A DNA stretch of 47,160 nt from the NCBI GenBank assembly GCA_965140785.1, contig OZ223501.1:1-47160 (forward strand), given 5' to 3'. The number at the start of each line of letters is the position of its first letter. Within the stretch, counting starts at the first letter, position 1. This stretch comes from an uncultured Ruficoccus sp. GTDB lineage: Bacteria > Verrucomicrobiota > Verrucomicrobiia > Opitutales > Cerasicoccaceae. This document shows, one piece after another, positions 46,734 through 47,160 of this stretch. The notes beneath the pieces are model-generated. The model ran no database searches. It was given only the letters and a program-made list of their open reading frames with translations, and was not told where the DNA came from. The translations under genes were made by a program, and so were the position numbers.

Positions 46734-47160
46734 ATGCGCAAAATCTGGTTTGCCCTGGCCCTGGTCCTTCTCTCACTGGTTGGCTGTTCGGATGACAGCA
46801 GCCTGGAGATCGTCCCCGAGCGGGACGAGAAGCACTTCAACCGTGGCATGATCAAGCTCAACGAGCAGCGCTACGACGAGGCGCTGGGCGCCTTCCTCAA
46901 GGTGATTGAAAAGCGCAAGGAGGCCCCCGAGTCGCACCTGGAGGCGGGCCGCCTCTATCAGGATTACCTCGGCGACCCGATCGCCGCCATCTACCACTAC
47001 CGCAAGTACCTGGAGTACGAGCCCGACAGCGAGCAGGCTCCGCTCGTGCGCCAGATGATTGAATCGTCGAAAAAAGACTTTGCCCGGCAACTGCCCGGCC
47101 AGCCCTACGACGACGAGATCGAACGACTCGACTTGCTGGAGTTGATCGAAAGCGTGCGTG
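46734..47160 (+). CDS. TPR lipoprotein, N-terminal part (runs off the window)
   Basis: Manual translation: MRKIWFALALVLLSLVGCSDD...ALGAFLKVIEKRKEAPESHLEAGRLYQDYLGDPIAAIYHYRKYLEYEPDS; lipobox LVGC and TPR helices. Confidence 0.85.
   Translation, partial: MRKIWFALALVLLSLVGCSDDSSLEIVPERDEKHFNRGMIKLNEQRYDEALGAFLKVIEKRKEAPESHLEAGRLYQDYLGDPIAAIYHYRKYLEYEPDSEQAPLVRQMIESSKKDFARQLPGQPYDDEIERLDLLELIESVR

Overview
GC-rich core-genome segment from a PVC-superphylum bacterium, most likely Verrucomicrobiota (Opitutia-like). The assignment rests on the PVC signature small basic protein, four PEP-CTERM proteins, adjacent dnaK-groES-groEL and few Shine-Dalgarno sites. Most of the window is housekeeping: ccoS/ccoN (cut by the window edge), cutA, rpoZ, smpB, trmL, ffh, serA, plsY, sucA-sucB-lpdA, SUI1, tatA, dnaG-rpoD, bamD-lptE-rpe, rpmF-plsX-fabH, dnaK-groES-groEL, a LON N-domain protein and yjbQ. 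I see no integrase, transposase, CRISPR array, rRNA or complete tRNA. About eleven single-base indels break seven genes. They cluster at 1-5 kb and 37-45 kb and look like sequencing or polishing errors. The most interesting signals are mostly non-coding: (1) a three-hairpin motif present in three intergenic regions with compensatory base changes, twice inside REPIN/MITE-like inverted elements; (2) an 81-nt tRNA-like element (canonical T-arm, acceptor strand, G-CCA) between dnaK and groES, bracketed by 9-bp direct and 12-bp inverted repeats; (3) a sigma54-type, apparently leaderless dnaK promoter with an upstream palindromic enhancer-like site; (4) PEP-CTERM proteins carrying GH64-like glucanase and C39-like peptidase domains. 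All family assignments come from my reading of motifs, not from database searches.
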